A DNA stretch of 64,000 bases. Source: an uncultured Verrucomicrobiota bacterium (GTDB taxonomy: Bacteria > Verrucomicrobiota > Kiritimatiellia > JAAZAB01). The stretch spans positions 4,160 through 68,159 of the forward strand of contig CAYYVN010000008.1 of NCBI GenBank assembly GCA_964475165.1. The letters are read 5' to 3'. This document shows positions 56,088-64,000 of this stretch, one piece after another; positions within the stretch are counted from its first letter, which is position 1; each line of letters begins with the position of its first letter. Below the pieces are notes generated by a model. It was not told the DNA's origin and ran no database searches. It worked only from the letters and a program-made list of their open reading frames with translations. The position numbers and the translations under genes are program-made.

Positions 56088-56738
56088 ATGCCCCGTGGCA
56101 AATTCATTACCTTGGAAGGCCCGGATGGCAGCGGTAAATCCACCCACGCTCGGATCTTGGCGGAACGGATGACCGCTGCCGGCTATGCCCTGATCACCGT
56201 GCGCGAGCCGGGTGGCACACAGGTGGGGGAGGCCATCCGCCAGTTATTGCAAGCCGACGCTGCCGATGCTCCCCTGGCGGCGGAAGCCGAATTATTCCTC
56301 TTCATGGCCAGTCGCGCCCAACTGGTGCGCCAGGTTATCCGGCCTGCTTTGGAGCAGGGCCAGCATGTGATTTGCGATCGCTTTGCTGATTCCACCAGCG
56401 CTTATCAGGGCTATGGACGAGGGATGGATCTGGAACGCATCTTGATGATCAATGCTTTGGCCGTGCAGGGCTTGGAGCCGGATCTGACGCTCCTTTTGGA
56501 TGTCCCCGTGGCCGCCGGTTTCGAGCGTCTGCGGCAACGCAGCGCCGCTACTTCCGCTCAGCCGGATCGGATGGAACGCGCGGGAGGACCTTTTCATGAA
56601 CAGGTGCGCTCTGGCTACCTGGAGCTGGCGCGTCGCTGGCCGGATCGGATTCGGCGGGTGGACTCATCCGGTCCGCAAGCGGAAGTGCACGCAAAAATTT
56701 GGAGCATAGTGAGCGATGTCCTTGCAGGCGGAAATTAA
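56088..56738 (+). CDS. tmk: Thymidylate kinase
   Basis: FITLEGPDGSGKST, REPGGT, LF.ASRAQ, CDRF.DST.AYQG and PDLTLLLD. Confidence 0.95.
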   Translation: MPRGKFITLEGPDGSGKSTHARILAERMTAAGYALITVREPGGTQVGEAIRQLLQADAADAPLAAEAELFLFMASRAQLVRQVIRPALEQGQHVICDRFADSTSAYQGYGRGMDLERILMINALAVQGLEPDLTLLLDVPVAAGFERLRQRSAATSAQPDRMERAGGPFHEQVRSGYLELARRWPDRIRRVDSSGPQAEVHAKIWSIVSDVLAGGN

Positions 56739-57756
56739 AACGGCCTTAACGGCGCTCAGTAAAAGCATGGCCGCCGGTCGTTTGGCGCATGCTTATTTGA
56801 TAGTTGGTCCGCCGCGCGGCGCGGCGACCGCTTTAGCCGAAGCGATCCTGGGGTTGCTCTATTGCACGGCGGCCGCCGCCGCCCGTCCCTGCGGAACCTG
56901 TGCTGTTTGCCGGCAACTCAAGCAGCATATCCATCCTGATTTGCTGTGGGTCGAGCCTCAGAAAAAAACGCGCACCATCCAAAAAGAGCAGGTGCAACAG
57001 ATTCAAGAGCATGTTTTGCAGACTTCCCTGGTTGGCGGTTGGAAGGCCATCGTCCTGCTGCATGCCGAGCGTTTACACGAAATGGCCGCTAATAAACTGC
57101 TCAAGACGCTGGAGGAACCGCCGCCGCGCTGTCTCTTCCTGCTCTTAAGCGGCAACCCTGAATTTTTACCGAGCACGATCATCTCCCGCTGCCAGCGCCT
57201 GACGCTGGGGGGCAGTGCCGCTCCGGATGATGCCGCCTTGAAAGCCGCGGTGGCCCAGATTGTCACCTCCGCTTTCGAGCCGGATCTGTTGGGCGGCTTG
57301 GCCTACGCTCGGCGGATACAGGATCTTTTAGAAGATCTCCGCGCCACCATAGAGGCCGCGGAAAGCAGCGCTCCTGCTCTCAGTATCCAAGCTCAGCCGA
57401 GCGCGGAGCCATCCGCTGCGGCCGCGCCCGATCCGGCTCTGCGCCAGAATCTGAAGGAGGCTGCGCAAGCGCGCATCGAAGGGCGTTACCGGGAAAGCCG
57501 TCAGGCGGTCTTGGGCTGGCTCTTATGTTGGCAGCGGGACCTGCTGCTGAGCGTTTGTGGATTGCCAACAGCCGGATTGTATTTTCCGGAGGAAAGCGCC
57601 CGCTTGCAAGATCAGGCGCGAGGGTTGACTTACCGGCAGGTCCTGCATAACATCCACGTGGTGGAGGAGATGAAGGATCAATTGGAGCAATTGTTGCCGG
57701 AAAACATGGTCTTGGAACGGGGTTTGACCCGCTTGAATCATCAACGCCGGAGGTGA
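56716..57756 (+). CDS. holB: DNA polymerase III delta-prime subunit
   Basis: HAYL, Zn module C...PCG.C..C, HPD, AN.LLKTLEEPP and L.TI.SRC; follows tmk. Confidence 0.9.
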   Translation: MSLQAEIKTALTALSKSMAAGRLAHAYLIVGPPRGAATALAEAILGLLYCTAAAAARPCGTCAVCRQLKQHIHPDLLWVEPQKKTRTIQKEQVQQIQEHVLQTSLVGGWKAIVLLHAERLHEMAANKLLKTLEEPPPRCLFLLLSGNPEFLPSTIISRCQRLTLGGSAAPDDAALKAAVAQIVTSAFEPDLLGGLAYARRIQDLLEDLRATIEAAESSAPALSIQAQPSAEPSAAAAPDPALRQNLKEAAQARIEGRYRESRQAVLGWLLCWQRDLLLSVCGLPTAGLYFPEESARLQDQARGLTYRQVLHNIHVVEEMKDQLEQLLPENMVLERGLTRLNHQRRR

Positions 57757-57760
57757 ACCC

Positions 57761-58594
57761 TTGCGCTTGGCCCATGTGCATTGTGGCGATATTCATCCCG
57801 TGCCCTGTTACTGCGCGGCGGAATTGGCCATTAATGTCGGCGACGCCTGCGTGATCGAACTGGATAAAATCTTGGAATTCGGGCATGTGACCAGCCTGAC
57901 CAAGATCGACGGGGAGGCCGAGAAGGTTCCTCAGGGGGCGGCCCTTATGTTGCGCCGGGCCACGCTGCAGGATCAGTCGCGGGCCAATGAAAATATTTTG
58001 TTCTCCAAAACGGCGCGCCATCTCTGTCAGGAAAAAATCCAGCATCATCAACTGAACATGCGCTTATTGCGTGTGCACTATACCTTTGATCGTTCCCGAT
58101 TGCAGATCGTTTTTACGGCTGAAAGCCGGGTGGATTTTCGGCAATTGATACAGGATTTGGCGGCCGAAACACAGGCGCGGGTGGAAATGCGCCAGATCGG
58201 CGCGCGGGATGCCGCCGCGATTCTGGGCGGACTGGCGCCTTGCGGCCGGACGCTGTGCTGCCGCGATTGGATCAAGGAATTCGACAATATCCATATCCGC
58301 ATGGCTAAAACGCAGGGGTTATCCTTGAATCCGACCAGCATTAATGGCATGTGCGGTCGTTTGAAATGCTGTTTGCGCTTTGAACATAATTGCTATGAGG
58401 ATTTGGAGCGCAACTTACCCCGCAAGGAAACACGCGTAACCTGCCCGGCGGGCAGTGGCAAGGTGTTGGAAACTAAGGTGTTGTTGCAGCGCGTCAAGGT
58501 GGCCCTCGATGATCAGCGCGTGTTGGAATTTGATCAGCAGGACGTAATTGTGCTTGGCAGCCCGGCCATAAATGGGAATAATGCTTCCTCATGA
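57761..58594 (+). CDS. ricT: RicT/YaaT (PSP1) family protein
   Basis: FTAE.RVDFR.L...LA......E.RQIG.RD.A...GG...CGR.LCC, MAK.Q.L..NP....G.CGRL.CCL.FE. Confidence 0.9.
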   Translation: MRLAHVHCGDIHPVPCYCAAELAINVGDACVIELDKILEFGHVTSLTKIDGEAEKVPQGAALMLRRATLQDQSRANENILFSKTARHLCQEKIQHHQLNMRLLRVHYTFDRSRLQIVFTAESRVDFRQLIQDLAAETQARVEMRQIGARDAAAILGGLAPCGRTLCCRDWIKEFDNIHIRMAKTQGLSLNPTSINGMCGRLKCCLRFEHNCYEDLERNLPRKETRVTCPAGSGKVLETKVLLQRVKVALDDQRVLEFDQQDVIVLGSPAINGNNASS

Positions 58595-59094
58595 AAAAGA
58601 TTTTATTGTTGAATGGCCCCAGTTTGGGCCGTCTGGGAAAACGCGAGCCGCAGCTTTACGGTCACGAGACCCTCGCGGCTATCGTGCGGCGGCTGCAAAC
58701 CCTCGCTTTGACCTGGGGCGCGCGCCTGGATGCTTTGCAGAGCGATGAAGAAGGCGTCTTGGTCTCGCACATCATCCGTGCCAGTGGCAGCTATGATGGG
58801 ATCATCTTAAATCCGGGTGCCTATACGCATACCAGCGTGGCCCTGCGCGATGCGCTCCAGGCTGTGCCCGTGCCCTGCGTGGAGGTGCATTTATCCAATA
58901 CGGCTGCTCGCGAATCATTCCGCCAGATCAGTTTAACCGCCGCCGCTTGCCAGGGGCAGATCATGGGCTTTGGCGCGCGGAGCTATGAACTGGCTTTAAT
59001 AGCGCTCTTGGGCAGTTCGGATGCTGAGCGGCGGCCGCGCCCGCGGCGCCGCACTTCTGCGCCGCGCGCCCGCCGAACGGCGGCCAAGAGCTGA
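58591..59094 (+). CDS. aroQ: Type II 3-dehydroquinate dehydratase
   Basis: LNGP.L..LG.REP..YG, NPGAYTHTS.ALRDA and EVHLSN..ARE.FR..S; Arg-rich C-terminal tail. Confidence 0.93.
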   Translation: MKKILLLNGPSLGRLGKREPQLYGHETLAAIVRRLQTLALTWGARLDALQSDEEGVLVSHIIRASGSYDGIILNPGAYTHTSVALRDALQAVPVPCVEVHLSNTAARESFRQISLTAAACQGQIMGFGARSYELALIALLGSSDAERRPRPRRRTSAPRARRTAAKS

Positions 59095-59120
59095 GATGCG
59101 CTGGTTGATGCTCGCAAATA

Positions 59121-59564
59121 ATGCAAGGGGTGAATATGAATCTCGATGATATCAAAGAAATCATAAACCTGATGACGGTGCACGGCTTGACCGAATTCGA
59201 AAAGGAGGAGGAGGGCGTGCGCATTGCGATCAAGAAAGGTATGGCGCAAGCGCCCGCGCCGCCGGCGCCCCTGCCGGCCGTGGTCCAGAGCCCGCCTCCG
59301 GCTGAGCCGGAGATTGATGATAAGTGCGTGCTGGTCAAGGCGCCCTTCGTGGGCACCTTTTATCGGGCGCCCTCGCCGGAATCCGAGCCTTACGTCAAGG
59401 TGGGCCAGGAGATTAGCGCCGATACGGTATTATGCATTGTGGAAGCCATGAAAGTGATGAACGAAATCAAGGCCGAAGTGCGCGGGGTGGTGCGCGATAT
59501 TTTAGTGGAAAATGCGCATGTCGTCCAATTCGGTCAGCCGCTTTTCAAAATCGAAAAACTGTAA
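59121..59564 (+). CDS. accB: Acetyl-CoA carboxylase biotin carboxyl carrier protein
   Basis: AP.VGTFYRAPSP and IVEAMKVMNEI (biotinylation site), V.FGQPLF. Confidence 0.96.
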   Translation: MQGVNMNLDDIKEIINLMTVHGLTEFEKEEEGVRIAIKKGMAQAPAPPAPLPAVVQSPPPAEPEIDDKCVLVKAPFVGTFYRAPSPESEPYVKVGQEISADTVLCIVEAMKVMNEIKAEVRGVVRDILVENAHVVQFGQPLFKIEKL

Positions 59565-59624
59565 AGAAAGGGTCAAGCCCTGCGCCGGCCGCTGGTCGCA
59601 AGGCCAGCGTTTGGCCATCAGATC

Positions 59625-61028
59625 ATGTTTAAGCGTGTTTTAATTGCTAACCGTGGCGAGATCGCCTTGCGGATCATTCGCGCCTGCCGCGAACTGGGCA
59701 TCAAGTCGGTGGCCGTTTATTCCGAGGCCGATGAGCAAGCCCTCCATGTGCAGATGGCCGATGAAGCCATTTGCATCGGGCCAGCCGCGGCCACGGATAG
59801 CTATTTGAAAATCGCCAATATCATCAGCGCCGCCGAAGTGGCCGACGTGGATGCCATTCACCCCGGCTATGGGTTTTTGTCCGAGAATACCCATTTTGTG
59901 CAGATCTGTGAGAGCTGCAATATTAAGTTTATCGGGCCGACCTCCGATAACATCAAGCGCATGGGCGATAAAGCCGCCGCCCGTGAAACCATGCGCAAGT
60001 GTGGGCTGCCCACCATCCCCGGCAGCAAGACCATCGTCAAAAATAAAGAGGAGGCGTTGACCGTCGCCCGCCGGGCCGGCTATCCGGTCTTAATCAAAGC
60101 CGCCGCCGGGGGTGGGGGCAAGGGGCTGCGCATTGCGCATAATGATGTTAGTTTGACGCAAGGCTTTCTGATGGCCAGTGCTGAGGCCGGGCGCGCTTTT
60201 GGGCGCGAGGATGTTTACATCGAAAAGTTCATCGAGCAGGCCCGGCATGTGGAAGTGCAGGTCCTGGCTGATCATTATGGCCATGTGGTTCAGCTGGGCG
60301 AGCGGGATTGCAGCATTCAGCGGCGGCATCAAAAACTGCTCGAGGAATCGCCCTGCCCGGTTTTACAGCCCGAGCAACGCCGGCGCATGGGGCGCTATGC
60401 CATTCGCGCCGTGGAATGTATTGGCTATCGCAACGCTGGTACCATCGAGTTTTTATTGGATGGCAAGGGCAATTTTTATTTCATGGAAATGAATACGCGT
60501 ATCCAGGTGGAACATCCCGTGACCGAAATGGTCACCGGCGTTGATATCGTTAAGGAACAAATTCGGGTGGCGGCCGGCGAGCGACTGGCTTTCGATCAAA
60601 AGGATATCAAGCCCAAGGGGCACGCCATAGAATGGCGGGTTAATGCCGAGGATGCCGGTAACAACTTTGCGCCTTCGCCGGGGCGGGTTGAGTGGTTGCA
60701 TTTTCCGGGTGGGCCGGGCGTGCGCGTGGATTCAGCCGTTTATAACGGCTGTGAAATTCTGCCTTATTATGACAGCATGATCGCCAAAATTATCGTGCAA
60801 GGCGATACCCGCGAGGAAGCCATTAGCCGCATGTCGCGCGCCTTGAGCGAATGCCTGATTGAAGGGCCCAAAACAACCTTGCCCCTGGGGCAGGCGATCA
60901 TGAACGATTCTTTGTTCCGCCGCGGCAAATACAACACGGCCTTTTTAGATAATTTCTTGAAAGACGGCTGGGGCATGGCGGTCATGTCCGGCAGCAGCAT
61001 CTGGAGAAGCGGCGAGGGGCGTTCCTGA
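59625..61028 (+). CDS. accC: Acetyl-CoA carboxylase biotin carboxylase
   Basis: LIANRGEIA.RIIRAC, HPGYGFLSEN, GGGGKG.R, ERDCS.QRRHQK and EMNTRIQVEHPVTE. Confidence 0.97.
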   Translation: MFKRVLIANRGEIALRIIRACRELGIKSVAVYSEADEQALHVQMADEAICIGPAAATDSYLKIANIISAAEVADVDAIHPGYGFLSENTHFVQICESCNIKFIGPTSDNIKRMGDKAAARETMRKCGLPTIPGSKTIVKNKEEALTVARRAGYPVLIKAAAGGGGKGLRIAHNDVSLTQGFLMASAEAGRAFGREDVYIEKFIEQARHVEVQVLADHYGHVVQLGERDCSIQRRHQKLLEESPCPVLQPEQRRRMGRYAIRAVECIGYRNAGTIEFLLDGKGNFYFMEMNTRIQVEHPVTEMVTGVDIVKEQIRVAAGERLAFDQKDIKPKGHAIEWRVNAEDAGNNFAPSPGRVEWLHFPGGPGVRVDSAVYNGCEILPYYDSMIAKIIVQGDTREEAISRMSRALSECLIEGPKTTLPLGQAIMNDSLFRRGKYNTAFLDNFLKDGWGMAVMSGSSIWRSGEGRS

Positions 61029-61112
61029 AAAGGGCGGATATCACCGCAGCGGTTAGGGAGGGAAGTCGGCAATCGGCGTCGGCATTAACCGGCGCCTAAG
61101 AGGGGGGAGAGC

Positions 61113-61679
61113 ATGAAAATACTACGCAGCTTAATCGGCTTTATCATCTCACTGGTGGTTTTGGGTCTGGGCTGGCTGTTGATCGCCGGAGTTTTCGGGA
61201 TTCATTATGCCTGCTGGGATCTGCTGATGAGCAATCGCCTTTGGCAGCTCTCACTGGGCGTGAGCCTGGCGACGATCGTGATTCTCTTCTGGCTCTCGGC
61301 TATCTCCATTGGTAAGCGGGAGCATTTTCTTTCCTTCGATAGCGAAGGTGGCACGGTTAGCATTAGCGTGGCGGCGGTGAATGTGTTTCTGGCCAAGCTG
61401 AAGAATGAATTCGCCGGCATTGTGGATCTGCGTGCGGATGTCTCAGCTTCGCGCGCTGGCGCCATTGAGGTGCGTTTGGATTTGAGCGTTAAGGCCGGCA
61501 CGCATGTGCAACAATTATCGCAAGCCCTGCAACAGCGCGTGCGCGATACTATGCGCGAAAGCCTGGGTATTCTGGATATAGCCTCGGTGAAGGTGAATGT
61601 GCAGGATATCGTCTCCAGCGAGACCAGCGCGGAACGCCGCCAGGCCCAGTCATCCGATTGGCATGCATCCGAGGTTTGA
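61113..61679 (+). CDS. AmaP/Asp23-like membrane-anchor protein
   Basis: Two N-terminal TMs, then G.V.IS..AV, ..L.V....V..L...LQ..VRD.....LG....V.V.V, a pattern shared with Asp23/AmaP; follows accC. Confidence 0.65.
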   Translation: MKILRSLIGFIISLVVLGLGWLLIAGVFGIHYACWDLLMSNRLWQLSLGVSLATIVILFWLSAISIGKREHFLSFDSEGGTVSISVAAVNVFLAKLKNEFAGIVDLRADVSASRAGAIEVRLDLSVKAGTHVQQLSQALQQRVRDTMRESLGILDIASVKVNVQDIVSSETSAERRQAQSSDWHASEV

Positions 61680-61691
61680 AGCGCGGCGCCC

Positions 61692-62927
61692 TTAAAAGGT
61701 GTGAATCAAGAGCCCAGAACGGACTTTCGGTTCGAACCAGGTGCTTTTGGGTGGCATGCTCTTTCCGGCATCGGCGATAGCCATCAATTGTTCTCCGGCC
61801 ACCGGAAACATCGCAAAAGCTACGGCGGCCGCTCCGGAATCCACGCGTTGTTTCAGCTCGGCCACGCTCTGGCGGCCGCCGCTAAAATCGATGCGCTGGT
61901 CGGTGCGCGGGTCGCCGATGCCCAAAATCGGTTGCAGCAGACGCATTTGCAGCAAGTGCACATCCAATCCGCTGGTGGGGTCAGCGCCGTCTGCCGCCGC
62001 AGCTCTTTCCGGCTGCAGGGCCAGATCATACCATTGGCCGGCGCAATACATGCGCGCATGTCCGGCCTGAGTGGGGTTGGCATCGGCAGCAGGGGTCATC
62101 CGCATTTGGCTGCCGACGGCCTCCAGAAAAGCGGCCGTTGATTGGCCGTGCAGATCCTTAACGCAACGGTTATAGGGTAGGATTTGCAATTGGCTGGCAG
62201 GAAAGAGAACCACCGGAAACCAATTATATTCTTCTCCGCCATGATGGGCGGGATTGGCGGCGCGGCAGTCCCGCGCGATGCGCGCGGCGCTGGCGGCGCG
62301 GTGGTGCCCATCCGCAATATAGCAATGGGAGATTTGGGCACAGGCGGCGCTCAAGGGCGCTGTCTGGCGCACACGCCAGACGGTATGGCGGACGCCATCC
62401 GGCAGGGTAAAATCATAGATAGGATCCCGCGCCTCGATCTCCTGGAGCTGGCTGGTCAGGGCGGGTTGATCGCGATACATCAGGAAGACCAGACCTCCAT
62501 GGGCGCGCAGGGCGCCGATGTGGCGCGTGCGATCGTCTTCTTTATCCTGGCGGGTTTTTTCATGCTTCTTGATGAGGCCCGCTGTGTAATCTTCGGCATG
62601 ACAGCAGGCCACCAAGCCGCATTGTTTATGAGCGGCTTGTTGCAAGCGATAGAGATATAAAGAGGGTTCGGCCTCGCGCACAAAAACGCCCTTATCCTGG
62701 AGGGCTTTGAAGTTGTCGGCGGCGCGGGCATAGACGACGGCGGCATCCAGCGGCGTGGTTTCCGGCAGGCCGATTTCGGGGCGGGAAACATGCAGAAAAC
62801 TCAATGGATTCTGCGCGGCCAGCGCGGCGGCGGCCGCGCGATCCACCACATCATACGGCACACAAGAAACCTCGGCGACCAGCTCTGGCCGGGGTCGCAA
62901 AGCCTGAAAGGGATTGATACGTAACAT
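61692..62927 (-). CDS. DUF1015 family protein
   Basis: I.PF.ALRP, PYDVV, HE.TR..KE.DR, YIADGHHR.A.A and MPPKSTWFEPK.RSGL. Start set at ATG 62927. Confidence 0.9.
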   Translation of the reverse strand: MLRINPFQALRPRPELVAEVSCVPYDVVDRAAAAALAAQNPLSFLHVSRPEIGLPETTPLDAAVVYARAADNFKALQDKGVFVREAEPSLYLYRLQQAAHKQCGLVACCHAEDYTAGLIKKHEKTRQDKEDDRTRHIGALRAHGGLVFLMYRDQPALTSQLQEIEARDPIYDFTLPDGVRHTVWRVRQTAPLSAACAQISHCYIADGHHRAASAARIARDCRAANPAHHGGEEYNWFPVVLFPASQLQILPYNRCVKDLHGQSTAAFLEAVGSQMRMTPAADANPTQAGHARMYCAGQWYDLALQPERAAAADGADPTSGLDVHLLQMRLLQPILGIGDPRTDQRIDFSGGRQSVAELKQRVDSGAAAVAFAMFPVAGEQLMAIADAGKSMPPKSTWFEPKVRSGLLIHTF

Positions 62928-63014
62928 GCTTGCTCCAGATTGTTGTTTAATGCCCCTCAATCTAGCATAGTATCGTCAGCTCGCAACCTAAAATTATGGT
63001 CCTGGAACAAAAGA

Positions 63015-63044
63015 TTGACGCAGCCGGCCGGAGTGCTATTTAAT
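63015..63044 (+). promoter_or_regulatory. Putative promoter of leuS
   Basis: TTGACG-18 nt-TTTAAT upstream of ATG 63069. Confidence 0.4.
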
Positions 63045-63068
63045 GCTGGCTTAAGCGCAGGCTCAAAT

Positions 63069-64000
63069 ATGCAAGAAAAATATCCATTTGATGAAATCGA
63101 ACCGAAGTGGCAGCGCTTTTGGCAGGCTGAGGGTTTCTTTAAGATTGAGCAGAGCCGGACCGAGCGTAAATATTATTGCCTGACCATGTTTCCTTATCCT
63201 TCGGGCACGATGCATGCCGGGCATGTGCGCAACTACTGTATTGGCGATGTGATCGTCCGCTACAAGATGCTGCGTGGCTACCGCGTCCTCTCGCCGATGG
63301 GTTGGGATGCTTTTGGTTTGCCAGCTGAAAACGCGGCCCGGGAGCATGGCGTGCATCCGCGCCATTGGACCCTGCAGAACATTGCCCAGATGAAACAACA
63401 GCTCCTTTCCTGGGGCATGGCCTACGATTGGGAGCGCGAACTGGCCACTTGCCATCCCGAATATTATCGCTGGACCCAATGGATTTTCCTGAAGCTTTTT
63501 GAACGCGGCTTGGCCTATCAGAAGACGGCGGCGGTCAATTGGTGCGAGTGCTGCACCACGCTGGCCAACGAGGAAGTACTGGCCGATGGCACTTGTGAAC
63601 GTTGCGGCCGTACGGTCACTCAAAAAGACCTGCAGCAATGGTTTTTTAAGATCACCGATTATGCCCAGCCCTTGCTCGATGATCTGAAACTGCTTGAGCG
63701 CTGGCCGGAAAATGTGCGTGCCATGCAAGCCAACTGGATCGGCCGCTCGGTTGGCGCCCGGATCGTTTTTGAGGTAGTCGAAACCGGCGCGGCCTGCCCG
63801 ATTTTCACTACGCGTCCTGATACCGTCTATGGCGTGACCTTCATGGCCTTAGCGCCCGAACACCCGCTCGTGGAAACTTTCTTACCCAATAATCCGCGGG
63901 CGGATGAGATCCGCGCCTTTGTGGAGCGCCAGAAAAAGATCTCCGCCGCCGAGCGCTCTCGAGAGAATATCCGCCCGGAAGGCGTCTTTACCGGATTCCA
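63069..64000 (+). CDS. leuS: Leucine--tRNA ligase, 3'-truncated (absent from the ORF track)
   Basis: Translated by hand from ATG 63069: MQEKYPFDEIEPKWQ...MFPYPSG.MHAGHVRNY (HIGH motif), MGWDAFGLPAENAA, MQ.NWIGRS.G and FTTRPDT; open to the window end. Confidence 0.95.
   Translation, partial: MQEKYPFDEIEPKWQRFWQAEGFFKIEQSRTERKYYCLTMFPYPSGTMHAGHVRNYCIGDVIVRYKMLRGYRVLSPMGWDAFGLPAENAAREHGVHPRHWTLQNIAQMKQQLLSWGMAYDWERELATCHPEYYRWTQWIFLKLFERGLAYQKTAAVNWCECCTTLANEEVLADGTCERCGRTVTQKDLQQWFFKITDYAQPLLDDLKLLERWPENVRAMQANWIGRSVGARIVFEVVETGAACPIFTTRPDTVYGVTFMALAPEHPLVETFLPNNPRADEIRAFVERQKKISAAERSRENIRPEGVFTGF

Noticed and set aside
63063-63728. 221-aa minus-strand ORF in the track
   Set aside because: It is the antisense shadow of leuS, which runs off the window end on the plus strand.

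Overview
This is a GC-rich bacterial chromosome segment. The likely source is a PVC-superphylum organism (Kiritimatiellae/Verrucomicrobiota-like), inferred from an L28 with the GGIG insertion and the murD-LysM-ftsW order. From left to right: a truncated SUMF1-fold protein and a secreted TPR-like protein; tRNA-Glu, rpmB and dusB; a pilMNO(P)-lipoprotein-secretin module followed by a degenerate hybrid histidine kinase; tRNA-Thr; a dcw cluster (mraZ to ftsW) with two extra small ORFs and no murG; a DUF4214-like/GT-C membrane protein; fprA and a peroxiredoxin; an FAD oxidoreductase; a TRL lipoprotein; an AT-richer glycan island (30.9-44.5 kb); and a housekeeping run (frameshifted prfB, yicC, gmk, split coaC/coaB, tgt-yajC-secDF, ispF, cysS, tmk-holB-ricT, aroQ-accB-accC, an amaP-like gene, DUF1015, partial leuS). 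I saw no CRISPR array, rRNA or mobile-element gene. Two observations stand out. (1) The island encodes a GDP-heptose pathway (HddA, HddC, a Cj1427-like C4-dehydrogenase) joined to an NDP-sugar C-methyltransferase and a C4-reductase, which predicts a branched C-methyl heptose. (2) A YfhO-type GT-C gene is split into N- and C-halves on opposite strands, and the intervening cassette is bounded by degenerate inverted repeats, suggesting an inversion scar or a switch. Family calls come from recognising motifs by eye; no database searches were run.
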